Shown: positions 1-8,226 of the stretch, one piece after another | Layout: each line of letters starts with the position of its first letter | Position numbering within the stretch: the first letter of the stretch is position 1 | Origin: Vicinamibacterales bacterium | Lineage (GTDB): Bacteria > Acidobacteriota > Vicinamibacteria > Vicinamibacterales > 2-12-FULL-66-21 | Length of the DNA: 64,000 nucleotides | Reading direction: 5' to 3' | Assembly (NCBI GenBank): GCA_035575695.1 | Contig: DATLXP010000053.1 | Coordinates: 1,846 to 65,845 of the forward strand | Notes under the pieces: model-generated | The model's database searches: none | Seen by the model: only the letters and a program-made list of their open reading frames with translations | Told to the model about the DNA's origin: nothing | Program-made: the position numbers and the translations under genes

Positions 1-396
1 ACCCTCGCCGGGTGCCGGGCCGGGGCGCCGATCGTAGATCCTTCGGACAGGCCCACCCAGGCCGACGGCACGATCAGTGGAACCGTCCGAGGGCCTGAGG
101 GGACCAGTGCCATAGACGGCCGTGGAGTCGCGGTCGTGAACGTCGAGACAGGCGAACGTCAGCAGACGACCACGAACAACGCCGGGGGATTCACGTTCAA
201 GGTCAGACCCGGGAAGTACCGGGTCGAGTTGACGCTTCTGGACGGCGAAACCCTCGTCAAGAAACCTGGCGTGATGAGCGTCAACAAGAGCGACGTCGAC
301 GCCCACGCGGATTTTGTTCTCGGCAGCGGTCGCCTCGTGAGCCCGCGCTTTCCCTCTCCCCGCGGTGACGACGGTCTGGGTTCCGCCATCGCGTAG
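1..396 (+). CDS. 3' part of a carboxypeptidase-regulatory-like (CarboxypepD_reg, Ig-like) domain protein gene; the 5' end lies upstream of the window
   Basis: Frame 1 is open from base 1 to the TAG at 394-396; the ORF track reports it only from 136. GGFTFKVRPGKYRVELTL is typical of CarboxypepD_reg repeats. Confidence 0.5.
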   Translation, partial: TLAGCRAGAPIVDPSDRPTQADGTISGTVRGPEGTSAIDGRGVAVVNVETGERQQTTTNNAGGFTFKVRPGKYRVELTLLDGETLVKKPGVMSVNKSDVDAHADFVLGSGRLVSPRFPSPRGDDGLGSAIA

Positions 397-428
397 CGTC
401 TCCAGCTTCCAGCCTTTCCCCACTCAGC

Positions 429-434
429 TACAAT
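429..434 (+). promoter_or_regulatory. -10-like hexamer placed for a leaderless transcript
   Basis: TACAAT followed by 6 nt and then the ATG at 441. No SD. Confidence 0.3.
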
Positions 435-440
435 CCCGCC

Positions 441-2018
441 ATGTTGAAGTTTGCCGTTGTGCTCGCGGTCCTCGTGTGTGTCCAGCTGGGGCCGTCCTAC
501 GACATCGTGATTTCCGGAGGGACGGTCGTTGACGGGACCGGCGCGCCAGGGCGCAGGGCGGACGTGGCGGTGAAGAACGGGAAGATCGCCGCCATTGGCA
601 CCATCCCACCCGGGTCGGGCAAGACCAGTATCGACGCGAGCGGTCTGATCGTGGCGCCGGGATTCATCGACGTCCACACACACGCTGACAATCTGGCTGA
701 CCGTCCGCTGGCCGCAAACTTTGTACGGATGGGGGTCACGTCCATCGTCGCCGGGAATTGCGGCGCATCGGCCGACGATGTTGGTGCGGCGCTGGCGCGC
801 CTGTCGAATGTGCACGCCTCGGTCAACTTCGCCACGCTCATCGGCCATAACACCGTGCGGACCGCCGTGATGGGCAGCGAGAACCGTGCCCCCACGCTTG
901 CGGAGCTCGCCCGAATGAAGGGGCTCGTCTGGAAGGCGATGGCCGACGGTGCAGTTGGTTTCTCGACCGGACTTCAGTACGTTCCGGGGACGTATTCGAA
1001 GACGCCGGAGATCATCGAGCTTGCGCGGGTGGCGGCCAACGTCGGCGGCGTCTACGCCTCCCACATGCGCAACGAGGGAACGGCGCTCGAGGAGTCCGTG
1101 GCGGAGACTCTCCGGATTGGTGAGGCCACGCGGGCGCGGGTGCAGATTTCTCACCTGAAAGTGGACAGCCCGAGTCGCTGGGGAGCGAGCGCGAAGGCGC
1201 TGCGACTGATCGACGCGGCGCGCGTACGCGGTCTGGTCGTCGAGGTGGACCAGTATGCCTACACGGCGGCAAGCTCCAGTCTGGGGATCCGATTCCCGTC
1301 ATGGGCGCTCGAAGGGGGTCAGCAGAAGATATCCGAGCGGTTGAAGGATCCTCCGACCTGGGGGCGTATCAAGGAGGAGATGCGCGGCCTGCTTGCAGAG
1401 CGTGGCCTCGCGGACTTGTCATTCGCGAAGGTCGCGTCCTACCGCGCGGATCCCTCGCTGAACGGGCTGTCGATGTTGCAGGTCGCGGAGAAACAGAAGG
1501 GGTCCGGCACGCAGGACGCGCAGCTCGAGGCGGCGCGCGACATGATGCTCCAGGGGGGCGCGTCGATGGTCTATCACTTCATGTCCGATGACGATGTGGA
1601 GCGGATCATGAAGGATCCGCACGTGGCGTTCGCATCCGATAGCGGGGTGATTGTGGAAGGCGAAGGGGTCCCGCATCCTCGCGGATACGGGAACAACGCT
1701 CGTGTGCTCGGCACCTATGTGCGGGTCCGCCGCGTGATCACGGTCGAGGAGGCGGTCCGAAAGATGACGTCGCTGCCTGCGTCACAGTTCCGGATCACGG
1801 ACCGGGGCCTCGTGCGTGAAGGCCTTGCCGCGGACCTCGTGCTGTTTGATGCGGCGAAGATCGGCGACGCCGCCACGTTCGAGAAGCCGCATGCGTATGC
1901 GACCGGGATCCCTTATGTGCTTGTCAACGGCGTTGTCGTGGTGAGGAGCGGGGAGCATACCGGGATGAAGCCCGGCGTCGTGTTGAGTAGGGGACAGCCA
2001 CCATTTGACCCCAAATGA
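441..2018 (+). CDS. N-acyl-D-amino-acid deacylase (D-aminoacylase) family amidohydrolase
   Basis: 525 aa. N-terminal signal-like segment, then YDIVISGGTVVDGTG...VKNGKIAAIG...APGFIDVHTHAD metal-binding motif and a C-terminal DLVLFD block typical of D-aminoacylases. Confidence 0.85.
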   Translation: MLKFAVVLAVLVCVQLGPSYDIVISGGTVVDGTGAPGRRADVAVKNGKIAAIGTIPPGSGKTSIDASGLIVAPGFIDVHTHADNLADRPLAANFVRMGVTSIVAGNCGASADDVGAALARLSNVHASVNFATLIGHNTVRTAVMGSENRAPTLAELARMKGLVWKAMADGAVGFSTGLQYVPGTYSKTPEIIELARVAANVGGVYASHMRNEGTALEESVAETLRIGEATRARVQISHLKVDSPSRWGASAKALRLIDAARVRGLVVEVDQYAYTAASSSLGIRFPSWALEGGQQKISERLKDPPTWGRIKEEMRGLLAERGLADLSFAKVASYRADPSLNGLSMLQVAEKQKGSGTQDAQLEAARDMMLQGGASMVYHFMSDDDVERIMKDPHVAFASDSGVIVEGEGVPHPRGYGNNARVLGTYVRVRRVITVEEAVRKMTSLPASQFRITDRGLVREGLAADLVLFDAAKIGDAATFEKPHAYATGIPYVLVNGVVVVRSGEHTGMKPGVVLSRGQPPFDPK

Positions 2019-2098
2019 AGGGGACAGCCACCATTTAGCCCCCAAGCGGGCAAGTGGTGGCTGTCCCCTTCAATCCAGGTCAAATGGTGGCTGTCCCC
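1990..2098. repeat. REP-A cluster: two direct and two inverted copies of GGGGACAGCCACCATTT
   Basis: Copies lie at about 1990-2006 and 2020-2036 (direct) and 2052-2068 and 2082-2098 (inverted, the first with 1 mismatch). Together they form nested hairpins between convergent genes. Confidence 0.85.
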
Positions 2099-3333
2099 TT
2101 GAACAGGCCCAGGCGCTGGGCGCCGGTAAAGCCGGGGAACACACGGGCTGTGTCGGTCAGACCCAGGTGACCGCGCACGACTTCGTTGAATACCGCGCGG
2201 AAATCGGTCGTGATCGCAAGGTCCCGCCCATCGTGGCGCTGCTCCCGCGAGAGGCCCGGCCACTTCCCGTACACCTTGTCCCCCCGGACGCCGCCGCCGA
2301 TGATCATCATGGCGTTACCGTGACCATGGTCGGTCCCGCGCGTCCCGTTCTCCGCCACCGCCCTCCCGAACTCCGACATCGTCATCACCACGACATCCGC
2401 CATGCGATCGCCGAGGTCGCGCGTGAGCGCCGCGATGCCGCGCGCGAGATCGTCGAGCCGGTTCGCGAGGATGCCGGTGGCCGAGCCCTCATTGGCGTGA
2501 TGGTCCCAATTGCCGGACTCGGCAAACGCCACCTCGAGGCCCACGTCCGCCTTCACGAGCTGCGCGATCTGCTTCAGCGCTTCGCCGAACGGGGACCGCG
2601 GATACTCGGCGCCATTGGACGGCGCGTACTGTGCCGGATCCGCTTGCTTCATCATCCTGACGGCGTCGAACGCCTCCCGCCCCGTCGAGTGGAGGACGCT
2701 CCCGGCGGCCGCCGCGTATTCCGCCTCGAACGACGACTGCACCATGTCGGTGGACTGCCCGGCACGGATCCCGAACTGCGAGATCTGACCGATCGCCAGC
2801 GCGGGCGCCGTGCCCTGCAGCGCGCGCGGCAGCTGCTGCGCAAGCGCCACGGCCCGGAACGGCGTCGCCTTCTGATGCTCCTTCGCGTGCAGGTAGCGGT
2901 TCATCCATCCATCGGGCGTGCTCTTCACGCCAGGCGTGGCCGACTCCATGTAGTCCTGCGCGTCGAAGTGGGATCGCGTGTCCTCGTGCGATCCGCATGC
3001 GTGCACGACCGCCATGCTGCCCGAGTCCCAGAGCGCCTTCAGCGGGCGCATGCGCGGATGCATGCCGAAGAACCCATCGAGATCGACGGCCGTGTTGGCG
3101 TCGGCGCCCGGCTTCGCGATCGCCAGCGACGGGCGGGCCGCATAGTAATCAGCTTCGCCGAACGGCACGAACATGTTCAGGCCGTCCACTGCGCCGCGCT
3201 GGAAGATCGTGATGAGGATCTTCTGACGGGTCCCTTGCGCCCCCTCGACCGTCCGGGCGAGAAACGTCGGCGCGAACCCGAGGCTCACGAGGGCCAGCGC
3301 GCCGTCTTTCAGGAAGATGCGTCGAGAAATCAT
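2080..3333 (-). CDS. DUF1501 domain protein (sulfatase-fold, Tat-signal)
   Basis: 417 aa. Twin-arginine style N-terminus MISRRIFLKDGALALVSLG. DHGHGN and GGGVRGDKVYGKWPGL blocks are typical of DUF1501. Immediately downstream of its usual DUF1800 partner. Confidence 0.85.
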   Translation of the reverse strand: MISRRIFLKDGALALVSLGFAPTFLARTVEGAQGTRQKILITIFQRGAVDGLNMFVPFGEADYYAARPSLAIAKPGADANTAVDLDGFFGMHPRMRPLKALWDSGSMAVVHACGSHEDTRSHFDAQDYMESATPGVKSTPDGWMNRYLHAKEHQKATPFRAVALAQQLPRALQGTAPALAIGQISQFGIRAGQSTDMVQSSFEAEYAAAAGSVLHSTGREAFDAVRMMKQADPAQYAPSNGAEYPRSPFGEALKQIAQLVKADVGLEVAFAESGNWDHHANEGSATGILANRLDDLARGIAALTRDLGDRMADVVVMTMSEFGRAVAENGTRGTDHGHGNAMMIIGGGVRGDKVYGKWPGLSREQRHDGRDLAITTDFRAVFNEVVRGHLGLTDTARVFPGFTGAQRLGLFKGTATI

Positions 3334-3339
3334 GACGTC

Positions 3340-5082
3340 CTACTTTCTCTGGAATTCGGGGGAGCCGAGCAGCAGTGCCACGGCCTGCGCCGGCTCGGTC
3401 GCCTTCGCCACCGTGGCGCGCGTGGGCTCGGACACGTCGCCCGCGAGCGCACCAGAGGCGATCCACTGCTGACTCATCGCGGCGGTCGGTGTCACGCCGC
3501 GGAGCTTCCCGCTCGACAGTGCCAGGGCAAAGTTCATCCGGTTGAGGAGCGCGCCCGTATTGACCCACGCGTCCGCACGATCCGCATACCCGGTCGGAGG
3601 CTGGGCGCCGTAGAGCGGCATGCCGAGCTCGCGGAGCTGCTGGACGAGCGGTAAGGCGTTGACCGCGTCGGCGCCGGTGGCGCGGATGGCGCTCGCGACG
3701 AACTCGAACGGGGATTTCACCTTGGCTCGATAGGCCGCCGTGTCGAAGAACTCCGGCGAGGTGATGATCGTGCGGACGACTTCGCGGATGTCGCCGTCCG
3801 TCTCGCGGAACCTCGACGCGGCTCGCTCGACAAGTGCCCTGGGTGGATTGTCGGACACGAAGCGCCGCGCCAGCTTCGTCGCCACGAACGTCGCGGTGGA
3901 CGGATGCTTCGCGAGGAGGTCGAGCACGTGCTCCCCGTCCTTCTTGCCGCCCCCCTTCTTGAGATGCATCCCGAGCACTGTCTTCTCGCCGTTGTCGTGC
4001 ATCCGTGGTTCGAATCTGAAGCTGCCCCCCTGCCTCGGCTGCGACAGCGTCCACCCGGTGAAGGCCCGCGCGATCTCCTGGACATCCTTCTGCGTGTAGC
4101 CGCCATCCACGCCGAGCGTGTGCAGCTCCATCAGTTCGCGCGCGTAGTTTTCATTCACGCCGCGCGGACGTCGATTCTGCCGCGCCTGCGGAAGGTCCGC
4201 CATCGTCCCCCCGCGACCGGCCATCCCGGGCCGGCCAGCACCCGCGCCACCCCCCCGCATGGCGCCACGCCGCTGCATCCGCTGCTGGCGCCGCCCGTCC
4301 TGCTGGTTCATCTGCGTCATCGCCGTACCTTCCGGCGCAGAGCTCTGCCAGTTGTCAAGGTAGAAGAGCATCGCGGGGGCCTCGGCCACGGCACCCAGCA
4401 GGTCACGGAATTTCCCAAACACGCGCGGACGGATGGTGTCGCGCTCGTACTCGGTGAGGTAGATGCGCGTCTGACCCTTGCCGGCGAAGACGTTGAAGTG
4501 ATTGAACCAGAAGTCCACCATGACTTCCTGCAGCTGCTTGTCGCTGTAGGCCGCACGCAGGACCTTCTGCTGCATGAGCTCCGCGAGCACGACACGCTCC
4601 GCCTGCGCGGCCTTTCTTTCTTCCGGCGTCCGGTCTTTACCTTCGACGCCCGGCCTGCCGGGCGCCATGCCCGTCATGCCGGGCACGGCCGGCGTGTCTG
4701 TCGTCATCGCCGGATCGTTCCCCTTCGTCCGCTGGGCCTGGCGTCTGGCCATCTGCGCCGGGAGGTAATAGTTCCGGGCGATGTCCTGCGTGCTCAACTT
4801 CAGCGTGCCGAATCCGGCGAGCCGTGCCTCGAGCTTTTCGTCCGGCAGACGGTCTGGCTGGAGCTGCTGTTCCATGTAGGCCGCGAGCCCGATGCGGCGC
4901 ACGCGTTCGACATCACCCTGCGCCGGACCGAACCCGATGCGGTTCAACACGTGGATGACGGCCTTGTCGCTCGGTGAGGACGGAACGGCGCTGGATCGCT
5001 TCTGCGCCCCTGTGGTGCCGACTCCGGCGCACACCAGGGCTCCAACGATCAACGCGCGCGAATACCTGCGAAACATATCCAT
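3340..5082 (-). CDS. DUF1800 domain protein
   Basis: The ORF track shows 3340..5697, but the signal peptide MDMFRRYSRALIVGALVCAGVGTTGAQ starts at the ATG at 5082. FWFNHFNVF is the DUF1800 hallmark. A GGAAGCAGAGG SD-like run lies upstream. Confidence 0.8.
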   Translation of the reverse strand: MDMFRRYSRALIVGALVCAGVGTTGAQKRSSAVPSSPSDKAVIHVLNRIGFGPAQGDVERVRRIGLAAYMEQQLQPDRLPDEKLEARLAGFGTLKLSTQDIARNYYLPAQMARRQAQRTKGNDPAMTTDTPAVPGMTGMAPGRPGVEGKDRTPEERKAAQAERVVLAELMQQKVLRAAYSDKQLQEVMVDFWFNHFNVFAGKGQTRIYLTEYERDTIRPRVFGKFRDLLGAVAEAPAMLFYLDNWQSSAPEGTAMTQMNQQDGRRQQRMQRRGAMRGGGAGAGRPGMAGRGGTMADLPQARQNRRPRGVNENYARELMELHTLGVDGGYTQKDVQEIARAFTGWTLSQPRQGGSFRFEPRMHDNGEKTVLGMHLKKGGGKKDGEHVLDLLAKHPSTATFVATKLARRFVSDNPPRALVERAASRFRETDGDIREVVRTIITSPEFFDTAAYRAKVKSPFEFVASAIRATGADAVNALPLVQQLRELGMPLYGAQPPTGYADRADAWVNTGALLNRMNFALALSSGKLRGVTPTAAMSQQWIASGALAGDVSEPTRATVAKATEPAQAVALLLGSPEFQRK

Positions 5083-5150
5083 TGTGACCTCTGCTTCCAC
5101 ACGGTTAGACCATGCGAGCGCGGCGAGGGTTGAACCCTCTCGAAGCCAAC

Positions 5151-5156
5151 TAAGAT
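5151..5156 (+). promoter_or_regulatory. -10-like hexamer placed for a leaderless transcript
   Basis: TAAGAT followed by 7 nt and then the ATG at 5164. Confidence 0.25.
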
Positions 5157-6126
5157 GGCAAATATGAGGCAGGTCGTAGCGGAGGGGAGCGTGCTCCAGC
5201 AGATCCTGGACGAATCCTATGAGATATGGGCTGACGAGCTGACTCCCCGCGCGTACGCGCAGTACAACCTCGCGCAGTTGCGGACACCGTGGGGGTGTCA
5301 CAACCTCCGCCGCTACGCTCTCCTCGACGCGGACGGCCACGTGTTGACGAGCGCCAAGCGGTATGACCTGCGCGTCAGGCTCGACGGTCGAGAGATGGCG
5401 GCCGTCGGGATAGGCGCGGTCTACACGCCCAGGGCGCAACGGCGCGGCGGGCACGCCGCCGCCATCGTGAACGCGCTCGTCAACGACGCCGCGGAAGCGG
5501 GCGCCGAGCTCGCCGTCCTGTTTTCCGAGATCGGTACCGGCTACTACGAGCGCCTGGGATTTGTGGCCGTGCCGCGTCACGAGTTGCTCCTGTCGGTCGC
5601 GGAGAAGCCAGGGGCCCCGATGACGCTCGTGCGCTGCGGCGAGGAGCGTGACATCCCCGCCGTCGCGGCGATTGCCGACGCGATGTCGCGGCCCCACCGG
5701 TTTGCCGTCGGGCAGAATGAGGACTACATCCGCTACAGCCTCTCGCGAAAGCGGCTGCTCGCCGGTCTGCTGACCCCAGGCGCGCTCACCGTCGAATTCT
5801 TCATCGTCGAAGAAGGCATCAGCGCGGTGGCGTTCGTCATCCTGACGACAGCCGGTGACGATGTCGTGCTGGAGATGTGCGGGGACCGTGACCCGGCAGG
5901 CGCGCGTGTAGGGGCATTGCTTCAGGTGCTGCGAGCGCGGACGCCCGCAGAGAAGGGGTTGACGTTACGCGGCTCGCTGCCGCCCAACTGGCTGCCGCCG
6001 CAGATGCGCATTGAAGCGTCGGCGACCACGTCAGAGATATTGATGGTGAAGCCGCTTAGAGACGGTGTGCTGGGCCGTCCATTGGAGGAAGCCGACGTGC
6101 TCTACTGGCATGGGGATCTGTTCTGA
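5155..6126 (+). CDS. GNAT family N-acetyltransferase with C-terminal SCP2-like extension (Eis-like architecture)
   Basis: 323 aa. Acetyl-CoA motif region VYTPRAQRRGGHAAAIVNALVNDA...YYERLGF. An alternative leaderless start is the ATG at 5164, 7 nt after TAAGAT. Confidence 0.7.
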   Translation: MANMRQVVAEGSVLQQILDESYEIWADELTPRAYAQYNLAQLRTPWGCHNLRRYALLDADGHVLTSAKRYDLRVRLDGREMAAVGIGAVYTPRAQRRGGHAAAIVNALVNDAAEAGAELAVLFSEIGTGYYERLGFVAVPRHELLLSVAEKPGAPMTLVRCGEERDIPAVAAIADAMSRPHRFAVGQNEDYIRYSLSRKRLLAGLLTPGALTVEFFIVEEGISAVAFVILTTAGDDVVLEMCGDRDPAGARVGALLQVLRARTPAEKGLTLRGSLPPNWLPPQMRIEASATTSEILMVKPLRDGVLGRPLEEADVLYWHGDLF

Positions 6127-6159
6127 CGTGCTCGGTGGTCGGTGCTCAGTGCTCAGCGC

Positions 6160-7737
6160 TCAGCGCTTCGTGCGTTTGAGGACGGACCTGATTTCGCGCG
6201 CGGCATTGTGGCCGGAGGCTCCGGTGATGCCGCCGCCCGGATGGGTGCCCGAGCCGCACAGGAATAGACCCTCGATGGGCGTTCGGTACTGGGCCCACCC
6301 GAGCACCGGGCGCATGGTGAACAGTTGATCGAGCGCGGGGTCTCCGTGATAGATCTGTCCTCCTGAAAGCCCGTAGCGCCGTTCGAGGTCGACGGGTGTG
6401 AGCACCTCGGAGGCTTCAACCATCGCGCTGATTCCAGGGGCGTACTGCTCGAGCGTTGCGAGCACGATCGACGAGAGCCTCGACCGGCCCGCGTCCCACG
6501 ATTCTCCATTCGCAAGCTGGTACGGCACGAACTGCACGTTCGCCGACAGGACGTGTTTCCCGGCCCGTGCGAACGACGGATCGCCGATTGTCGGCACGGT
6601 CACGTCGAGATACGGATCCGACGGCAGCTCGCCGTACTTCGAGGCATCGAACGAACGCTCGAGGTAGTCGATGCCCGGCGCGATGTGGATGCGACCGTGC
6701 AGGTCGGCGGGATTCGCGACGCCGCGGAACGACGGGAGCGCGTTCAGGGCGAGATGCACCTTGGCCACGGTGCCTCGCGCACGGTAGTTGCGGATCTTCG
6801 TGAGGAAGCTGGGATCGAGTTCGACCGGATCGAGAAGTGAGAGGAAGGTGCGGTGCGGATCCGCGTTCGAGATCACGGCGCTGGCCAGGATCTCGCTCCC
6901 ATCCTCGAGGGTTACGCCCACGGCTTTTCCGTTGCTCACGAGGACCTTCACGACCGGCGCGCTCGTGCGGATCGTGACGCCCTCTCCGCGCGCGGCGTCC
7001 GCCATCGCGTTCGACAACGCGCCAGCTCCCCCCTTCACCATCACACTGCTGCCCCCGGGAGCGGGATCGACCGCTGCATTCAGCAGCAGCACCGCACCGC
7101 TGCCTGCGGACCACGGGCCCTGCGCGGTGCCGAACACGCCCCGAGCCGCCACCGCCGCCTGCAGCAGGTCGGTTTCGAACCACTCCGCCACCAGGTCCGC
7201 CGCGGCCATGGGTCCCCATCGCAGCAACCGGAAGATGTCGGTGCGGCCCAGGGCCCGGAATCGTTTGCCGACCTTCAGCAGGTCCCACACTTCTCCAGCC
7301 GCCGGCGCGTCGATCGATGGCGGCGTCAGTTCCAGCATGCCGGACAGGAATCCACCCAGCCGCTGCAGGGTCGCGCAGAACTCCGGATACATGCCGGCGT
7401 CTTTCGCCGAGAACGACCTGATCGCTTCGGCGGTCCGCGCGACGTCGTGCGAGAAGGCCAGGGCGCGCCCACCCGTATCGAGGGCGATCAGCCTCGGATC
7501 CGGCCGTAGAAATGTCACGCGGCGGGCCAGTGCCATGTCACGCACCACCGTCTCCCGCACTGGTCCGATGGCATGCGCGAGCGGCGCGCGGAACCCCGGT
7601 GCGAACTCCTCGGTGACCGCACAGCCCCCCACGACATCGCGCCGCTCGAGCACCGTGACCTTGTGCCCCGCCCGGGCCAGATAGAACGCGGTGGTGAGGC
7701 CGTTATGGCCGGCGCCGATGATGAGGATGTGGGGCAT
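6160..7737 (-). CDS. NAD(P)/FAD-dependent oxidoreductase, phytoene desaturase (CrtI/COG1233) family, paralog 1
   Basis: Rossmann start MPHILIIGAGHNGLTTAFYLARAGHKVTVLE at the ATG at 7737 (the ORF track extends to 7911). C-terminal GSGTHPGGGITGASGHNAAR block. Confidence 0.85.
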   Translation of the reverse strand: MPHILIIGAGHNGLTTAFYLARAGHKVTVLERRDVVGGCAVTEEFAPGFRAPLAHAIGPVRETVVRDMALARRVTFLRPDPRLIALDTGGRALAFSHDVARTAEAIRSFSAKDAGMYPEFCATLQRLGGFLSGMLELTPPSIDAPAAGEVWDLLKVGKRFRALGRTDIFRLLRWGPMAAADLVAEWFETDLLQAAVAARGVFGTAQGPWSAGSGAVLLLNAAVDPAPGGSSVMVKGGAGALSNAMADAARGEGVTIRTSAPVVKVLVSNGKAVGVTLEDGSEILASAVISNADPHRTFLSLLDPVELDPSFLTKIRNYRARGTVAKVHLALNALPSFRGVANPADLHGRIHIAPGIDYLERSFDASKYGELPSDPYLDVTVPTIGDPSFARAGKHVLSANVQFVPYQLANGESWDAGRSRLSSIVLATLEQYAPGISAMVEASEVLTPVDLERRYGLSGGQIYHGDPALDQLFTMRPVLGWAQYRTPIEGLFLCGSGTHPGGGITGASGHNAAREIRSVLKRTKR

Positions 7738-7738
7738 A

Positions 7739-7790
7739 TCAGGAGCTAGGAGACAGAATTCAGGAGGCGGGAGACAGGAGACGACGCGCG
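7739..7790. repeat. purine-rich AGGAG-type short-period arm flanking four-helix-bundle gene 1
   Basis: AGGAGCTAGGAGACAGAATTCAGGAGGCGGGAGACAGGAGACGA. It contains the stop codon of the 4HB ORF. Confidence 0.6.
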
Positions 7791-8128
7791 TACGCCCCAA
7801 GCATTCGGCCGATTTCATCGACGGGCTCACGCTCACGGTCCTTCGCATAGCCAAGATCGGTCGCGAGAATGAAGTAATACCGCAGTTCTTCGAGGGAGGC
7901 CTGGGCCACATTCATCAGCCGTGCCTTGTCCGGGCGTCCACGCCGCTTGAAGCCCTCGGCGATGTTGGCAGAAACGGAAACCGCGGCGCGTCTCATCTGA
8001 GAGACGAGCCCATAGAGTTCGCTCTTGGGAAATTCTGACGTGAGTCGATAGACCTTCAACGTCATTGCGTGGCTCTTCTGCCAAACGATGAGTTCCTCGA
8101 ATGTCTTGGCCGGCTCTCGATCCGTCAT
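7760..8128 (-). CDS. four-helix-bundle protein (23S rRNA intervening-sequence protein / TIGR02436 / PF05635 family)
   Basis: 122 aa. FEELIVWQKSHAMTLKVYRLTSEFPKSELYGLVSQMRRAAVSVSANIAEGFKR...SLEELRYY matches the family signature. Visibly more AT-rich than its neighbours. Confidence 0.85.
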   Translation of the reverse strand: MTDREPAKTFEELIVWQKSHAMTLKVYRLTSEFPKSELYGLVSQMRRAAVSVSANIAEGFKRRGRPDKARLMNVAQASLEELRYYFILATDLGYAKDREREPVDEIGRMLGAYARRLLSPAS

Positions 8129-8159
8129 GGCTTCTCCTGTGTTCCTGCCGCTTGTCTAC

Positions 8160-8226
8160 GATCTTTTCGAGACCACAATCGCCCTGCCTCCTACCTCTTA
8201 CCTCCTACCTCCTGTCTTCGTCTCCT
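8160..8226. repeat. pyrimidine-rich CTCCT-type arm, inverted partner of 7739..7790
   Basis: CCTGCCTCCTACCTCTTACCTCCTACCTCCTGTCTTCGTCTCC. It contains the stop codon of CrtI-like paralog 2. Confidence 0.6.

Noticed and set aside
2005-3654. Other long shadow ORFs (2005..3654, 8069..9799, 21227..22561, 28735..30450, 35598..36989, 3904..4977, 12993..14120 and others)
   Set aside because: Each overlaps a same-locus gene that has clear domain signatures on the other strand or in another frame. Their composition (Arg/Asp/His/Pro runs) is non-protein-like.
4007-4016. tRNA T-loop-like GGTTCGAATC
   Set aside because: It lies inside the DUF1800 coding sequence with no acceptor or anticodon stems around it. 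No other tRNA-like structure was seen in any intergenic region.
7760-8128. Diversity-generating retroelement, because the four-helix-bundle family includes the DGR accessory protein Avd
   Set aside because: No reverse transcriptase gene and no template/variable repeat pair is present anywhere in the window.
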